Origin: the human T2T-CHM13v2.0 reference genome, Homo sapiens | Reading direction: 5' to 3' (one strand) | Length of the DNA: 64,000 nucleotides | NCBI RefSeq assembly: GCF_009914755.1 | Contig: NC_060948.1 | In this document: positions 13,571-31,905 of the stretch, one piece after another | How the letters are laid out: every line of letters starts with the position of its first letter | Position numbering within the stretch: position 1 is the first letter of the stretch | Made by a program: the position numbers and the translations under genes | The notes under the pieces: generated by a model | Told to the model about the DNA's origin: nothing | Database searches by the model: none | What the model saw: the letters and a program-made list of their open reading frames with translations, nothing else

Positions 13571-15149
13571 TTTTGTTTTCAATCATTTTTCAATAGGTTA
13601 TCAGTGTTGTGAATGGTTCATGAAAAATGATTTTGGGCTCAGTGAGTAACTGAAATGTTGTTGCTTAATAGTGTGTTTAATATTAATATAATAGTAACAA
13701 ATGTTGTTATTGTTGAGTAATACTTATTTGGCTTTTCACTGCTTTTCTTTTCTAGTGTTTTAGTCAGAGACTTCTTAAGTCTCCTCAAGTGTGTACACAT
13801 TTCTTAAGTTTGTTGGAAAGTACCAAATTTAAGATATCTTGCATTTTTTTCTTCCTTAGTAAACACTAAATTCCATCACGCAGCAGAAAAAGGGCTCTGT
13901 TATTGTTGGTACAATGGTTTAATATTCACTTGTATTCCCTGTATCGTAGTTCTGATTTAATTGCTATTTAGAATAAAATTTGTTCCTTATTATATGCATT
14001 CATAATTATAAAATTTGTGTTTTAATGCCTTCTACACATATACTGTGCTTTTCTTTATTTCCTTATATCTCTTACTGTTTCATGATCCTGGTATTTGAAA
14101 TCTCATTAAGTGTTGTTTGGGGATTTGCTGGGAATGTCATCTACATAGTAATGTCTCAAGTTTGTAGCATCTTTAAAACATAATAGGAGATGGAATTCAC
14201 AGCAGAGTAATAAACCTCCCGCTTTAGGCAATGTATTTGTGATTGGTATGACTTTGTTCCCAGAGGGCAGTTAGCAACACAATATTAAGGCTATGTGTAC
14301 AAGGAAAACAAATTTTAAAAATCTCCTTTAAAAAAACAGTTTCCTATCCTAACCAGTATCATGCACAGAATCCGTTTCCATCTCTTCATATGGAAGCAGC
14401 TCTGGGTGGACATCTAGAAAGTTGGATAACTATTTATCACATATGATCTGTAAAGGGAGAGATTTACAAGAAAGTGTTAAATTTAATCCATAGGAAAGCA
14501 AAGTCAAAAATCAATGAATTTTCCATTTGTAGTTTTCCCTAGGGGCTCCACTCTCAAGATGGCTTATATGCGTTAGAACTAATTGACTAGGCACAATTGT
14601 TTGTTAGTGACATAAAAGCAAGGTGAGCATTTCTGCTTTATGAGTCCAAGCACAGGGGCATTGGTTTTCTTTGGAAGGATATCATAAAGGCAATGTTTAT
14701 GAGTAATCCCTCATTGTCTTTCCTTCTGTAGCATTCAATGGTATGTACTATAATTTAGAAATGAAAACTATTTAAAGACCACTTGCTAAGTTTCATGTAT
14801 TTCAAATTCTCAGATCCTAAGTGTTTAAATATGCCTATATTTCTTCATGAAAAAAAACATAATCTTTGCCAAGTTAGAAAAAGAAAAAGTCATATTCCCA
14901 TTTTTATCTAAATGTAATCAGAAATTTGGACAGTTTTTAGCCTTCAATACATTATGTAATTTGGGTAACAGGTTGAATAAAAGTAAGGAACTTCAGTTAA
15001 ATTCAGAGAGAAGCTAGTAATTATTTCTAAGACTCAAATGTATAGAACAGATCTCTGATAGTAAGGGTAAAACCCTCAAAGGTGACCCAAAATGGGTAAT
15101 TGTGGGATTATTTTGGGAGGAATCATCATAGATTCTTACTGCTATAAAT

Positions 15150-15515
15150 ACAGTCAAATGTCAGATAAATATACTCCACTGAAATGTTTTCTAGGAATGA
15201 TGTTGGAACCAATGTTGGTAATTTTGAAAGTCATGGAGAGGATTTCAGATGATAGAAGTCGGGCAACTATCCCAGGTTTAATAAATAAGTAAATTGTGAG
15301 TTCCAAAAATGCTGTATCAATGAGCCTCATATTGATCCTGAGCACAATTTCAGGAAGGTCCATTAAATGGGTCTTTGGAGAGCACTTAGGATAAAAGGCT
15401 GGCAGCAGGGATTCACTAAGAGCAATGGTGCCAAGCTTGTCTCTTTAGCATTGTTATGTGACTGATAAAGGTAGGCTATAGCGATACACAATACAGATAT
15501 TTCCAGGGTAAAGCT
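15150..15515 (+). mobile_element. L3/CR1 LINE reverse-transcriptase fragment
   Basis: 'tgagcctcatattgatcctgagcacaatt...gagagcacttag...cagcagggattcactaagagcaa...atacagatatttccagggtaaagc' follows the CR1 RT order SLTLIP / EHL / QHGFTK / YLDFSKAF in degenerate form. Confidence 0.5.
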
Positions 15516-16407
15516 GTCGAGCTGCTGTAATTTTCCTTGCCTCTTCACTATCTTCTCCTATAGTTGACTCCCAAGGAAAAGATAGTTGACTTTTAATCTA
15601 GAAATGTATGTTAATTAGCAAAAACAAACAAATGAAACCATAAACTATCCTTTAGGCTTCTCTCTGCTCAGTTATTAGATCATATGAATGTGCCCTTAGG
15701 AAACACAGAAGACCCACACTACTATAGAGACAAATTTCTTACATTCTCTGCTGTTTAATGCTCTTCAAAAGACTTACCATACTTCACTAATTTGATTACC
15801 AACTACTTGAACACAGGGACCAATGTGCTTATTAAAAATTTTGCATATTATGAGGGCATTAACTTTTAAGTATTCGATTGTTAAGACAATGCATATTATT
15901 ATAAACCATAGAAGGCACACTTATTACCTCCTTAAGAACCAGTCTCTATTTCTCTGGTTCATAGATCTCCAAGGTCATAGAGGGATTTTACATTTGTGTC
16001 TTCAATTGGCCCTCTTCAGCCCTAGGATAAATAGTGATTAATCTAAGCCAATGGTTTTCAGCTCTGTCTGACCCAATGCCTCTACTTCACAAGAAACTCT
16101 TCAAAGACCCCTTCGCTATTCTAAACTATTAGTGAGAACACAATGTATGCATTCAAGTTGTTGAAAATATTAATGTTATGCTGAAGCTAACAAAGGAGAA
16201 ATAATTTACTGTCAATATATAATCCAAAATGTATATAATTGTGCCAGAACATTTACATATCAAATACAATAGAACATAATGAAATTTTCATATCTTCACC
16301 AATACTTTGATACATTGTAAATAAAAAGCTACAGATATAGTTTCATTGAATAACCAAATGCCAAAACTGCCATTTCTATTGTTGACATGATTGATCTGCA
16401 TTGGTAA

Positions 16408-16843
16408 ATGTAATAGATACTTTCTGTTTGGCCCTTGTCCCCTGTTATACTCCCCTATTTACTGGCTTTCGTCCAAGTGGAATGGTCCATATTGAATATC
16501 TCAATCGGTTCCCTTGCTCATTGCCTTCTATGCATGTTCATGAGATTAAAGGGAAGGAGGTAATGGGATTGGGGGTTATTGCCTAAACTCCCTCTCTGCT
16601 AGGTCTCCTTGACCAATCTTTTTCATAAGAAAATTAGTGTTTCCTTGTGTGATCAGGGCAGTTTACTCTCAAGAACTCTGCCTGCTGCTACTAACCCAGA
16701 GTTATTGTGGGGTGTGATTTCTGTGATTCCTTCACCCTTCTCCCCTGACATTTTCGTAAGTAGTCTCTTTGGAAATAAACCCATGTTAAATTATCTTAGT
16801 TTGTGTGTGTTCTATTTTTCCTATTGAGACTCTGAAATGAGTA
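16408..16843 (+). mobile_element. LTR33-like ERVL solo LTR
   Basis: 'tcaatcggttcccttgctcattgccttc', 'gagattaaagggaaggagg' and the 3' end 'aataaacccatgttaaattatcttagtttgtgtgtgttctatttttcctattgagactctga' resemble LTR33. Confidence 0.55.
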
Positions 16844-17347
16844 TCTAAATGAAAAAATCTACCGTCTTTTCTCATATACATAGTAGTTTCGTTCTTGCAA
16901 AATTCATGGCATATTAAAACCATGCAAAAGTATTTGGCACTTAGGCAGTTACATTTGGGATTGTATAATTAAACAAAGCAGGTTATTCGCCTTCATTACA
17001 TTAGAAAGTCTTTCAGGACATGCAGCAATCCTTAATTAGGAGCGGCTATCCCATGTTACTGGACATATGGCATCCCTGTTTTCCAATCCTTAAAGTTTTT
17101 CCTTAAAGTTCCAAAATGCCATCACTTATTATTTCCTGCCATTGGATTTTGTCACATGAAGTTGTAAGGCTGGGAATGCCATAGCCATCTTGAAAACATA
17201 GGTAGAAAGATAAGAGAATCACAAAGAAGTGGATCATGTTGAATTAACTAAGCATTGATACCATCTATTTGTTGTGTGATTTGGTAAAAGTTGCTCCTTG
17301 TTTTTTTCTTCAGTTAGTTGACTATTCTGTTACTTGAAGCTAAAAAC

Positions 17348-17656
<309 letters not shown>

Positions 17657-17759
17657 AAAAACATTTTAACCAATAGCAAAGCACATTATTTCATTACATT
17701 TTTTCAAAAGTTGCAAGTAATTTCAATTAAAAATATTATATAACATGTTTAATGCAATA

Positions 17760-18104
17760 CAAATACTTTTCAATGTACAATGAGGTTAAGTCTTGATAAG
17801 CTGATTATAAATTGAAAATACAGTAAGTTAAAAATGTATTTAATACCTCACTTACAGAATATCACAGCTTAGCCTGGCATACCTTTAATGTGCTCAGAAC
17901 ACTTATATCAGCTGACAATTGGGCAAAATCATTGAATACAAAACCCACTTTATAATAAAGCATTGGATATTTTATGTAATTTGTTGAATATTGTACTGAA
18001 AGTGAAAAGCAGAATGGTTATATTCTATTCAAAGCTATCACTTTTGCTTCATCATAAAGTAAAAAAAATCATAAATTGAACCATTATAAGTTGTTGACCA
18101 TCAG
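17760..18104 (+). mobile_element. MER47A (Tigger-family MITE)
   Basis: 'acagcttagcctggcatacctttaatgtgctcagaacacttatatcagc...ttgggcaaaatcat...tttataataaag...gtactgaaagtgaaaagcagaatggtt' matches MER47A. Confidence 0.8.
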
Positions 18105-18215
18105 TGTATATGTATGTGTGTGTGTACCTATATAAACATGTATGTTTATATATATATTTGTGTGCGTATATATCCTCGGTGTGTGTGTATGTGTCTGAGA
18201 GTGTGTGTGTGTGTA
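18105..18215. repeat. Compound (TG)n/(TA)n low-complexity tract
   Basis: Runs of tgtgtg and tatata seen directly. Confidence 0.7.
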
Positions 18216-19578
18216 TGAAATTGTAGGAAAGTAAAATTTCTTATCTTATAGCTATAGCATGTTAACATGTTGGTACCTATCCTCCTGAGATGTGAAATTT
18301 TACATGGATAGATGTGTACATTTACAGTTGTACACAAAGAGAAACATATTCTGTAGGCTCTTTGTTTTTCCACAGTTTCATTCAACACTATCTGGTTTAT
18401 ATGGATGACTACATATATAATGCTAGGATGAAGTTTCTTCTCTATAACTGTGAAACTTCCTTGATTATCAACCCTTGGTATATTCTTAGAATAGGATTTT
18501 ATTTTAGAATTAAGATCCTTGTTTCAGGACTCTAGACTGTTAACACACAGAGCCAATAATTATTCAGAATGGTTGGGTTAGTTCACATTCCCACAGATGA
18601 GACATCAAATGTCCAGGCTGCACAGCCTCATTAACACTAGATTTTCTGGACATTTTATATAGTATTTCATCTTATATAAAAAGTAGAATTCTAATTTAAT
18701 TATGGTTGTTAATTTATTTTTATCTTTTTAGTCATTATGAAAATGTTTAACTATATGAAAAGCTAGGAAAGAGTATTATTTTTTAAGGTAGTACTTCAGA
18801 AATATGTGTGATACTTAATTTTTAAAAATTAACTCTAAAAGAAACTTGAAATGTCTGTTCAATGAAATAGGTTATAAATACTGGTCACATTAGTGAAAAA
18901 TATTTGTTTAAAATTAAAATATCTGCAGCAATCCTGTAGATATTAATAATTTTTAAAGAATGACATCTTCAAAATATAAATGTTCTAAACTTATAATCAG
19001 TTAAATATGTCTCTATTAATACATATAGATACATATATCTAAATAAATTTGAAGACTTCAAATTCCAGGTACAATATAATTTTTTTCTATCCTGTGATTT
19101 GTCATTCAGTATTTTGTAATTTGAACAGAAATATTTTGCCCTAACCACATGTCTGTCTTTTCTCTTACCTAGAAATGTTCTTTTATGCAAAATTGTTTTA
19201 AAGGTCAGTTTGCATGTTTGAAAGCATCTTGTAGAATGTTACACAATATATTGCATATTTGGTTACATTGTTTTAACTGTGTAAATAGGGTTTAAATCTA
19301 TGATGCACTTTAGTGCTGATCATGATGCAAAGCAAATTTATCTGTATAAAATCTTCTGTTAATTTTTTTTATTATTATATTTTAAGTTTTAGGGTACATG
19401 TGCACAACGTGCAGGTTTGTTAGATATGTATACATGGGCCATGTTGGTGTGCTGCACCCATTAACTCGTCATTTAGCATTAGGTATATCTCCTAATGCTA
19501 TCCTTCCCCCCTTCCCCCACTGCACAACTGTCCCCAGTGTGTGATGTTCCCCTTCCTGTATCCATGTTTTCTCATTGT

Positions 19579-23400
<3,822 letters not shown>

Positions 23401-23463
23401 TATGATGTTAGCTGGTTATTTTCCTCGTTAGTTGATGCAGTTTCTTCCTAGCCTTGATGGTCT

Positions 23464-24479
23464 TTACAATTTGGCATGTTTTTGCAGTGGCTGGTACCAG
23501 TTGTTCCTTTCCATGTTTAGTACTTCCTTCAGGAGCTCTTTTAGGGCAGGCCTGGTTGTGACAAAATCTCTCAGCATTTGCTTGTCTGTGGAGTATATTA
23601 TTTCTCCTTCACTTATGAAGCTTAGTTTGGCTGGATATGAAATTCTGGGTTGAAAATTCTTTTCTTTAAGAATGTTGAATATTGGCCCCCACTCTCTTCT
23701 GGCTTGTAGAGTTTCTGAGGAGAGATCAGCATTTAGTCTGATGGGCTTCCCTTTGAGGGTAACCTGACCTTTCTCTCTGGCTGCCTTTAAAATTTTTTCA
23801 TTCATTTCAACTTTGGTGAATCTGACAATTATGTGTCTTGGAGTTGCTCTTCTCGAGGAGTATCTTTGTGGCATTCTCTGTATTTCCTGAATTTGTATGT
23901 TGGCCTGCCTTACTAGATTGGGGAAGTTCTCCTGGATAATATCCTGCAGAGTGTTTTCCAACTTGGTTCCATTCTCCCTGTCACTTTTAGATACACCAAT
24001 TAGACATACATTTGGTCGTTTCACATAGTCCCATATTTCTTGGAGGTTTTGTTCATTTCTTCTATTCCTTTTTCCCTAAACTTCTCTTCATGCTTTATTT
24101 CAATCATTTCGTCTTCCATCGCTGATACTGTTTCTTCTAGTTGATCACGTTGGATACCGAGGCTTATGCATTTGTCATGTAGTACTTGTGCCATGGTTTT
24201 CAGCTCCATCTGGTCCTTTAAGGACTTCTCTGCATTTGTTTTTCTAGTTATCCATTCGTCTAATTTTTTTTTCAAAGTTTTTAACTTCTTTGCCATTGGT
24301 TCAAACTTCTTCCTTTAGTTCGGAGTACTTTGATCTTCTGAAGCCTTCCTCTCTCAACTCATCAAAGTCATACTCCGTCCAGCTTTGTTCCATTGCTGGT
24401 GAGGAGCTGCATTCCTTTGCAGGAGGAGAGGCACTCTGATTTTTAGAGTTTCCAGTTTTTCTGCTCTGTTTTTTCCCAT
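23464..24479 (-). pseudogene. L1 ORF1p remnant (frameshifted)
   Basis: ORF-track fragments 'MKRPNVCLIGV...QIQEIQRMPQRYSSRRATPRHIIVRF...LKELLKEVLNMERNNWYQPLQKHAKL'; ATG at 24477-24479. Confidence 0.9.
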
Positions 24480-25054
24480 CTTTGTGGTTTTATCTTCCTT
24501 TGGTCCTGGATGATGGTGACATACAGATGGGGTTTTGGTGTGGATGTCCTTTCTGTTTGTTAGTTTTCCTTCTAACAGTCAGGACCCTCAGCTGCAGGTC
24601 TGTTGGAGTTTACTGGAGGTCTACTCCAGACACTATTTGCCTGGGTATCAGCAGCGGTGGCTGCAGAACAATGGATATTGGTGAACTGCAAATGCTGCTG
24701 CCTGATCGTTCCTCTGGAAGTTTTGACTCAGAGGGGTACCCGGCCATGTGAGATGTCAGTCTGCCCCTACTGGGGGCTGCCTCCCAGTTAGGCTACTCAG
24801 GGGTCAGGAACCCACTTGAGGAGGCTGTCTGCCCGTTCTCAGATCTCAAGCTGCATGCTGGGAGAAACACTACTCTCTTCAAAGCTGTCAGACAGGGGCA
24901 TGTAAGTCTGCAGAGGTTATTGCTGTATTTTGTTTGTCTGTGCCCTGACCCCAGAGGTGGAGCCTACAGAGGCAGGCTGGCCTCTTTGAGCTGTTGTGGG
25001 CTCCACCCAGTTTGAACTTCCTGGCTGCTTTGTTTACTTACTCAAGCCTGGGCA

Positions 25055-25270
25055 ATGGCAGGCGCCCCTCCCCCAACCCCACTGTAACTTTGCAGTTTGA
25101 TCTCAGACTGCTGTGCTAGCCAACAGCGAGGCTCTGTGGGTGTAGGATCCTCCAAGCCAGGTACTGGATATAATCTCCTGGTGTGCCATTTGATAAGCCT
25201 GTTGGAAAAGTGCCGTATTAGGGTGGGAGCGACCTGATTTTCCAGGTTCCATCTGTTACCCCTTTCTTTG
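25055..25270 (+). pseudogene. L1 antisense ORF0 remnant
   Basis: Reads MAGAPPPTPL*LCSLISDCCASQQRGSVGVGSSKPG..., homologous to primate L1 ORF0; stop TAA at 25085-25087 and a later TGA. Confidence 0.8.
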
Positions 25271-26849
25271 ACTAGGAAAGGGAATTCCCTGACCCATTGT
25301 GCTTCCCAGGTGAGGTGACGCCTTGTCCTGCTTTGGCTCATGCATAGTGAGCTGCACCCACTGTCCAGCACTCCCCAGTGAGATGAACCTGGTACCTCAG
25401 TTGGAAATGCAGATATCACCTGTCTTCTGCATCACTCATGGTGGGAGCTGTAGACTGGAGCTGTTCCTATTCGACCATGTTGCCTCCATCCTCTAATTTT
25501 TAACTTTCAAAAGATTAGATACATTTACCCTTTTCTGAATTTTAATTCCTGATACAAAGATTGTGAAATCTCAAGAGGATAATGAATCAGCTTCTGATTA
25601 TATTCTGGAATTACGATTTGATCACCCATCCAAGAATGCGTATTCACTTTCCTTTACATTACACACATGCATAATACCATGCTGAGTGATGCTGGAAAAA
25701 GTGAGTCTTCAGTAATGCCCTCATAAATTACAGTCTCATTACACCGAGGTATTTTCTTTTTAACCCTTTTTTTCTTTTCTGCTGTGAATATGTGCCTTCT
25801 AAGAGGTGAAAAACTGGGAAAAACTGAAAAAGAACCTTCATCTAATTCAATAACTACCTTTTGTATCTTCTAAGAATTTTTATCTCCAGAAAGCTCTAAT
25901 CTTCATTCCTTTAAAGCTTTATTTCTCTCTCCTTTCCAACATCAGACTTTTCTGTTTGTTTTCTACACCTTTTTTAGAGATGCCTACAATAGAAAAAAAC
26001 TATGACATATTCAATACATCAGAAAAGTTTGCATTGCCCTAGAAAAGAATGAATTATCTGTTTATAAAGAAAAAAACAATAAAAATATGAAGCAAGAAAG
26101 CACAGAAGGTAGTAACCACATTTAGATGTTTATCATGGAATCATCTTTATAATCCATCTGTTACAATTCCACAGAGCAAATTACAAGTAATTGTGAAGTT
26201 TCCCCTCATTTTATAGGTTTGGTCTTATAAGGCATACAACACAAATTTTAATACTTTTCTTTTTGGTATTTGGATCTTAATTTGGTCAAGTGGCCGCTGG
26301 GTAGATGATGGAGCCTCTTGAGACATACAGTCTTCTTCTAGCTTTGTTGATGTGAATATTACTGTGTAGTTTTCATTCACTTATTATTTTACAAGGCATG
26401 CTTCATTAAAAATATGTCAGCATCTCATTGACAAATCACAAAATTTAAAAGGCACAAGAAAAAAGCAATTTATTTGAAACATTCCTGTGTGAAAGTAGTC
26501 ACCACTCTTACTATTCTTCAAATATTTTTATTATATTTAAACACAAGCCTAGTTTTACCTCGAGTGTCTGACCTTGATGATATTGTACACTTTAAACTTG
26601 GAAAAAATTGAACTCTATTGGAAATTTCCTACAGATCAGCTTTTCTAGATGCCAAGCGCCTTGTTTCAGCTGCGGTGATGACAGCAAATTGGGTTCTCAG
26701 GAATTCTGGCCACTGGCATCATCTCAGTTGTTTATAATTGAAGTTGGCTCTGACGAGAACTCAGCTTAGATGCATGGTTGGACTGCTGGGCTTAAGGCTA
26801 GCCTTCCAGGAGGTTGCATTGAGGTGTAACTAGGCAAAGAAAGAAGGAG

Positions 26850-27225
26850 TTTATTGAGGCACTACTGACAATAGCAGACTTGGAACCAACCCAAATGTCC
26901 AACAATGATAGACTGGATTAAGAAAATGTGGCACATATACACCATGGAATACTATGCAGCCATAAAAATGATGAGTTCTTGTCCTTTGTAGGGACATGGA
27001 TGAAGCTGGAAACCATCATTCTCAGCAAACTATCACAAGGGGGAACATCACACACTGGGGCCTGTTGTGGGGTGAGGGGCTAGGGGAGGAAAAGCATTAG
27101 GGGATATACCTAATGAAAATGATGAGTTAATGGGTGCAGCACACCAACATGTCACATGTATACATATGTAATGAACCTGCACGTTGTGTACATGTACCCT
27201 AGAACTTAAAGTATAATAAAAAAAA
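26850..27225 (+). mobile_element. 5'-truncated L1PA (PA5-like) 3' end with an internal ~70-bp deletion
   Basis: L1 3' consensus plus poly-A; TSD aaagaaggag at 26840-26849 and 27226-27235. Confidence 0.92.
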
Positions 27226-28838
27226 AAAGAAGGAGGTTGGGCAAAATTACCAACAATCTTCATCTATGAATTTTTATGAGTAGGTGCTTCTCACACCATC
27301 AGGCACTCCAAGTTGGAGAAACAAGGGATGTTGAATTGAAAGTTTAATTGTTTAGGCTTGATAGTCAGATTAGGGAAGTTTTGGGTACACCTTTCCCACT
27401 CTAGAGCCCTCTCCCTAACTCAGGGTCAATTTGGGACATGGGCTCAATGGAAAAGAGTGCCAAGATCAATTAGAAATATCCATCATGAACATAGGAGGCA
27501 GGCATTCTGGCCAAGGGGTGCGTCGTCCCACTTTGTAATCCAGAGTGCGATTTCTTCTTGCTCTCTGTCCCTCCATAAATAAGCGTTGGGTGAAGGACAA
27601 GCTAGTTACAACTGAGGATGGAATGAGATTCTAGCAGAATTGCAAAATGAACTGAGAGCCACGAAAGTGTTCCTCTGTGAACAAGCAGAGAGATCTGTGG
27701 AAGGCAAAGGAAGAGGAGCCAAGAGGCCAGATAACATTCCTGCTTCCCCTACATTGTGAGAGTGAAATTATCCGCAAAGTATATCAGTAACTAACCAGAG
27801 GCTTTTTAGAGAGTAAGACTTCTGATAGATACCTTAATAGCTGAAGTTGCTCTTCAGTACTGCACATAACCTGTGGACAGATTTTCATCATTATTAATTC
27901 ATTTATTCAACAGATAGATATTAAATTCAAGCCATAGTTCTAAACTATGCAGTCAATTACAAAAAAATAATGAAGGGCATTAGCTGTGCCTCATAGGATG
28001 TTAAAACTCTAGGTGCTGAATGAGACAAATAGGGTTCCCACATCAAGTGCCTGGGCTCCTGTTATAACCTGGACTGTGCTTCCAATGACTTCTCTTGTTT
28101 CTGTTTTGGTAAACTCATCATTTGGCTTAGTCCCTATCCTTGCCATGCTCACCCACCAGTAGGTGGACCTCCTTGACCATAACTACAGGCATAGATCTTT
28201 CATTGTTTCTTTTCAAATGTTTGCTTACTTTAGAGCCGCAGTCAAATGTTGTTTGGACCATAAGACTCTGAGGGTGTGTGTGGTTGAAACTGTCTTGAGA
28301 CTCAAAGAGCTATTGAGGAAGGGATTTGGTAGCTGAACTCTTTTTAAGTTTTTCTCTGTCTCTCACACATCTGGGGCTGAATAGCTTAACATATTGTTTA
28401 ATTTCTACGTCAATGATAGTTTAATAGGCATTCATGCAAATCAGTTGTGCTGGGAGTTTATTATCCTACTCCAATAGCAAGTAACGCATTCCTTAAATTT
28501 AGTGTACGTATAAATTCTACATGGTAAGTGAAGCTGTCTTTATGAATTGCTGCTATAGAATATACTAGATTGTGTAGGTTTTAGTACAATCCAGGTAATT
28601 ATCAAGCCTTTGTAATATTTTCAGGAAAGTGATCCTTTCACTTCAGTTTATGGAACTTGGAAAGTTTTCAATGGCCACCCACTTGTTAGATCATAAACTT
28701 AATTCTATGTATCTGAATTTATTTTTCTATTTATAAATTTATCTGGATGTTTTCTCAAAGGTTTCCCAGATTAAAAAAACCTATGGCTTTGTAAAATAAA
28801 AACAGAAGTAATAAGAATTGTGTTAAAAAACAGAATCA

Positions 28839-29142
28839 GGCCAAGCATGGTGGCTTATGCCTGTAATGCCAATACTTAGGGAGGATCATTTGAGGTCAGG
28901 AGTTCAAGACCAGCCTGGGCAACCTGGCAAAACCCCACCTGTATTAAAAAAATACACAAATTAGCTGGCGTGGTGGTGAATGCCTTTATTCCTAGCTACT
29001 CAGGAGGCTAAGGCAGGAGAATAGCTTGAACCCCGGAGGCTGAGGTTGCAGTGAGCCAAGATAGAGCCACTGCATTCCAGCCTGGGTGACAGAGTGAGAT
29101 CCTGTCTTAAAAAAAAAAGAAAAAAAGAAAAGAAAAAGAAAG
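28839..29142 (+). mobile_element. Alu (AluJb/old AluS-like)
   Basis: 'ggccaagcatggtggcttatgcctgtaat...gaccagcctgggcaac...ggtgacagagtgagatcctgtct' plus A-tail; TSD core cagaatca on both sides. Confidence 0.92.
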
Positions 29143-29204
29143 AAAACCAGAATCATACAATGAGAGAGATTGAATAGCCCTTTTAATTGTCCATAATGGA
29201 TACA

Positions 29205-29277
29205 TTTCTTTTTCTGTGTAATAGTTTATCAGCATGAAAATTTTCTTTTTCTGTGTAATAGTTTATCAGCATGAAAA
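29205..29277. repeat. Perfect two-copy tandem duplication (period 37 bp)
   Basis: tttctttttctgtgtaatagtttatcagcatgaaaa at 29205-29240 and 29242-29277. Confidence 0.9.
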
Positions 29278-29301
29278 AAAAGAGTCACTGAACACTGATA
29301 A

Positions 29302-29695
<394 letters not shown>

Positions 29696-31674
29696 TGAAG
29701 CATACTCCTAACACTGGAAAATTTCTTCAGCAGCCAGAATTAATCTGATTTTGAGACTGGAGCAAAGACTAATTTGGTATGTGTTCATTCATATTAGTAA
29801 ATCTCCATGGTGTTCGAACTGTATAATACCAAATCTAAAATAAGTCAAAAGAGTTGAACAATATCTCATCTCTGAGAAAAAATGCATTATTTTCAACAGA
29901 TTTAAGACTGAATTTAAAATCCAACTGCCTATTCTAGTGTATGTTTCTCTAGAATAAGGCCAAGCCCTACAAATTCTGGATAGTGTCCTCCAAGTTGTGT
30001 TTCAGTGATAATTGATAAATCTATGGTTTAGATACATATGGAATTCCATATAACTCTAGCTCCAGCCTTTGTGAGTAAAAATTGGCAGTGATCATGGCCT
30101 TAATGGGGGCATGTCGTTAATTGGAATTTTCGGTACCAAAAGTCGTCTTCTTAGTAGTTTACCAGAGTACCCTATAATAATATCCATAACTCATTGCTCA
30201 CTTGTCTGTTTTGATTTCTTTTTTAAAAAGACAATTTTAAACTTAGAGGATTTGTACCTCAAGTCACATATGTGGCACATTTATAAAATAATCATGACTT
30301 TGCATATTTTTCCTTTGATATCTTAGCTATATATCCAAGCCATTTATGTTTTTTAATTGCCACAAATATTGCACTGAAATAGAGCTCTAGTTGCAAAAAT
30401 GCCTGGTATAACATTTCTTCTTGTTCTTGAAAGTTATTTTAATACCCCATGTTTAAGATATTCCTAGACAACTATATGTAACTATAATTATTTCTGCTAG
30501 GTAGAAACATCTTTGTGGTCAACATTTGTGAAGTTCCTTGTAAATAAAAATATGCTTGAGTAGAAATAGTATTTTGCAAATATTTCCCTAAATAGAGCTA
30601 CTGATTTTACAAAGAATTAAAGACTCCAACCTCTGTCTTTGTCTTTCAAATTAGGTTTATAGGAACATCTCATTACAATGAGCCAAAAGCCTATCTGATC
30701 ATTAATGAGATAATTTTGACACTTCCAAATGACACAGCTAATTTGTAGTAGGTTTTTGAAGTGCAAATTACATGTTTCTGTTTAAATAATGACAGTAAAA
30801 TATGGACACTATCTAGTCACACTCTATATACACAACTACAACATGTCTCTAGAAGAAAAGTTTGATTTTTAAGGTCTCATCCACAAAATGAAGTGTTAAT
30901 AAGCTGTATCTTTATTCTCACTTTTAAGTAATTTCTTCTTAACCATCGTATAACACTACCAAAGTTTGTACGGAGATAAAATAAATCATGGTGAGAAATC
31001 CAGTTCTTTAAAAAATCATTTTACCTTCAATCACTTTTAGGATATATATGGTTTTAGAGTAAGGACAAAAATTTATAAACATTGTTAAATTATGCAACTG
31101 TTTTTGAAGATGTTTCAAAATTACATTTTCCTTATTTTACAACTAGTTTTCTTGTATTCACAAATGAGACACATGAGAATTATTAATGCAAAAGCAAAGC
31201 ATATCAACAAAGTTTATAATGTAAATAGTTTAGTTCGGAAAGAATGTAATGAGTGAATTATCAAAGGTATTTTATTGGTTCCTAGATTTACCATAGAAGA
31301 AAATAAAGCAGCCTTATAAAAATTTCTCAGCACTGAGTCCATTTAAGGTCTATTTTGTATGCTGTAAGTTCTACAAAATGTTATTGCCGGTAAAAATAGG
31401 GTGCCTATCTAAAATTGTCTTTTTAAAGGTTCTCTCTTATTCTTCTTCCCTTCCTATGTGTGCACAGAATACTGTCATCGTCTTGATTGGAACACTGTGT
31501 CTCTTTCTCAGAGGGTATACGTTTGTAGAAGGGAGAAAATATTTGTTAATTTTCTTCCTATAAGATAAGGTCTCAATGGTTGAAGGTCAGTTAACAAACA
31601 TTTTTTTGTCTTCATACTATTATCTTGGAATTACCAACTGGCTTCTATTTAGATTTTGAATAATGAAAGAAAAG

Positions 31675-31905
31675 AACTAGCATTTGTTAGAACTTACTGT
31701 GTTCCAGAAACTTTATTGATACCATTTCTTCTCATTATCACATTCGTTCTTTCAATTAGTATTATTTTTTTTCATCTTAATAAGGTGGGACCAGAGGTTT
31801 TGTAATATCTACTAACCCACTGTGGATTTCATGGCTTGCAAGAGGAAGAAAGCATGGTGGAACTCAGGTTTCTCTGATTCCAAATTCACGTCCTTTCATG
31901 TCTCC
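31675..31905 (-). mobile_element. MIR SINE
   Basis: 'gcatttgttagaacttactgtgttccag...tattatttttttcatcttaataagg...gaactcaggtttctctgattccaaa'. Confidence 0.55.
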
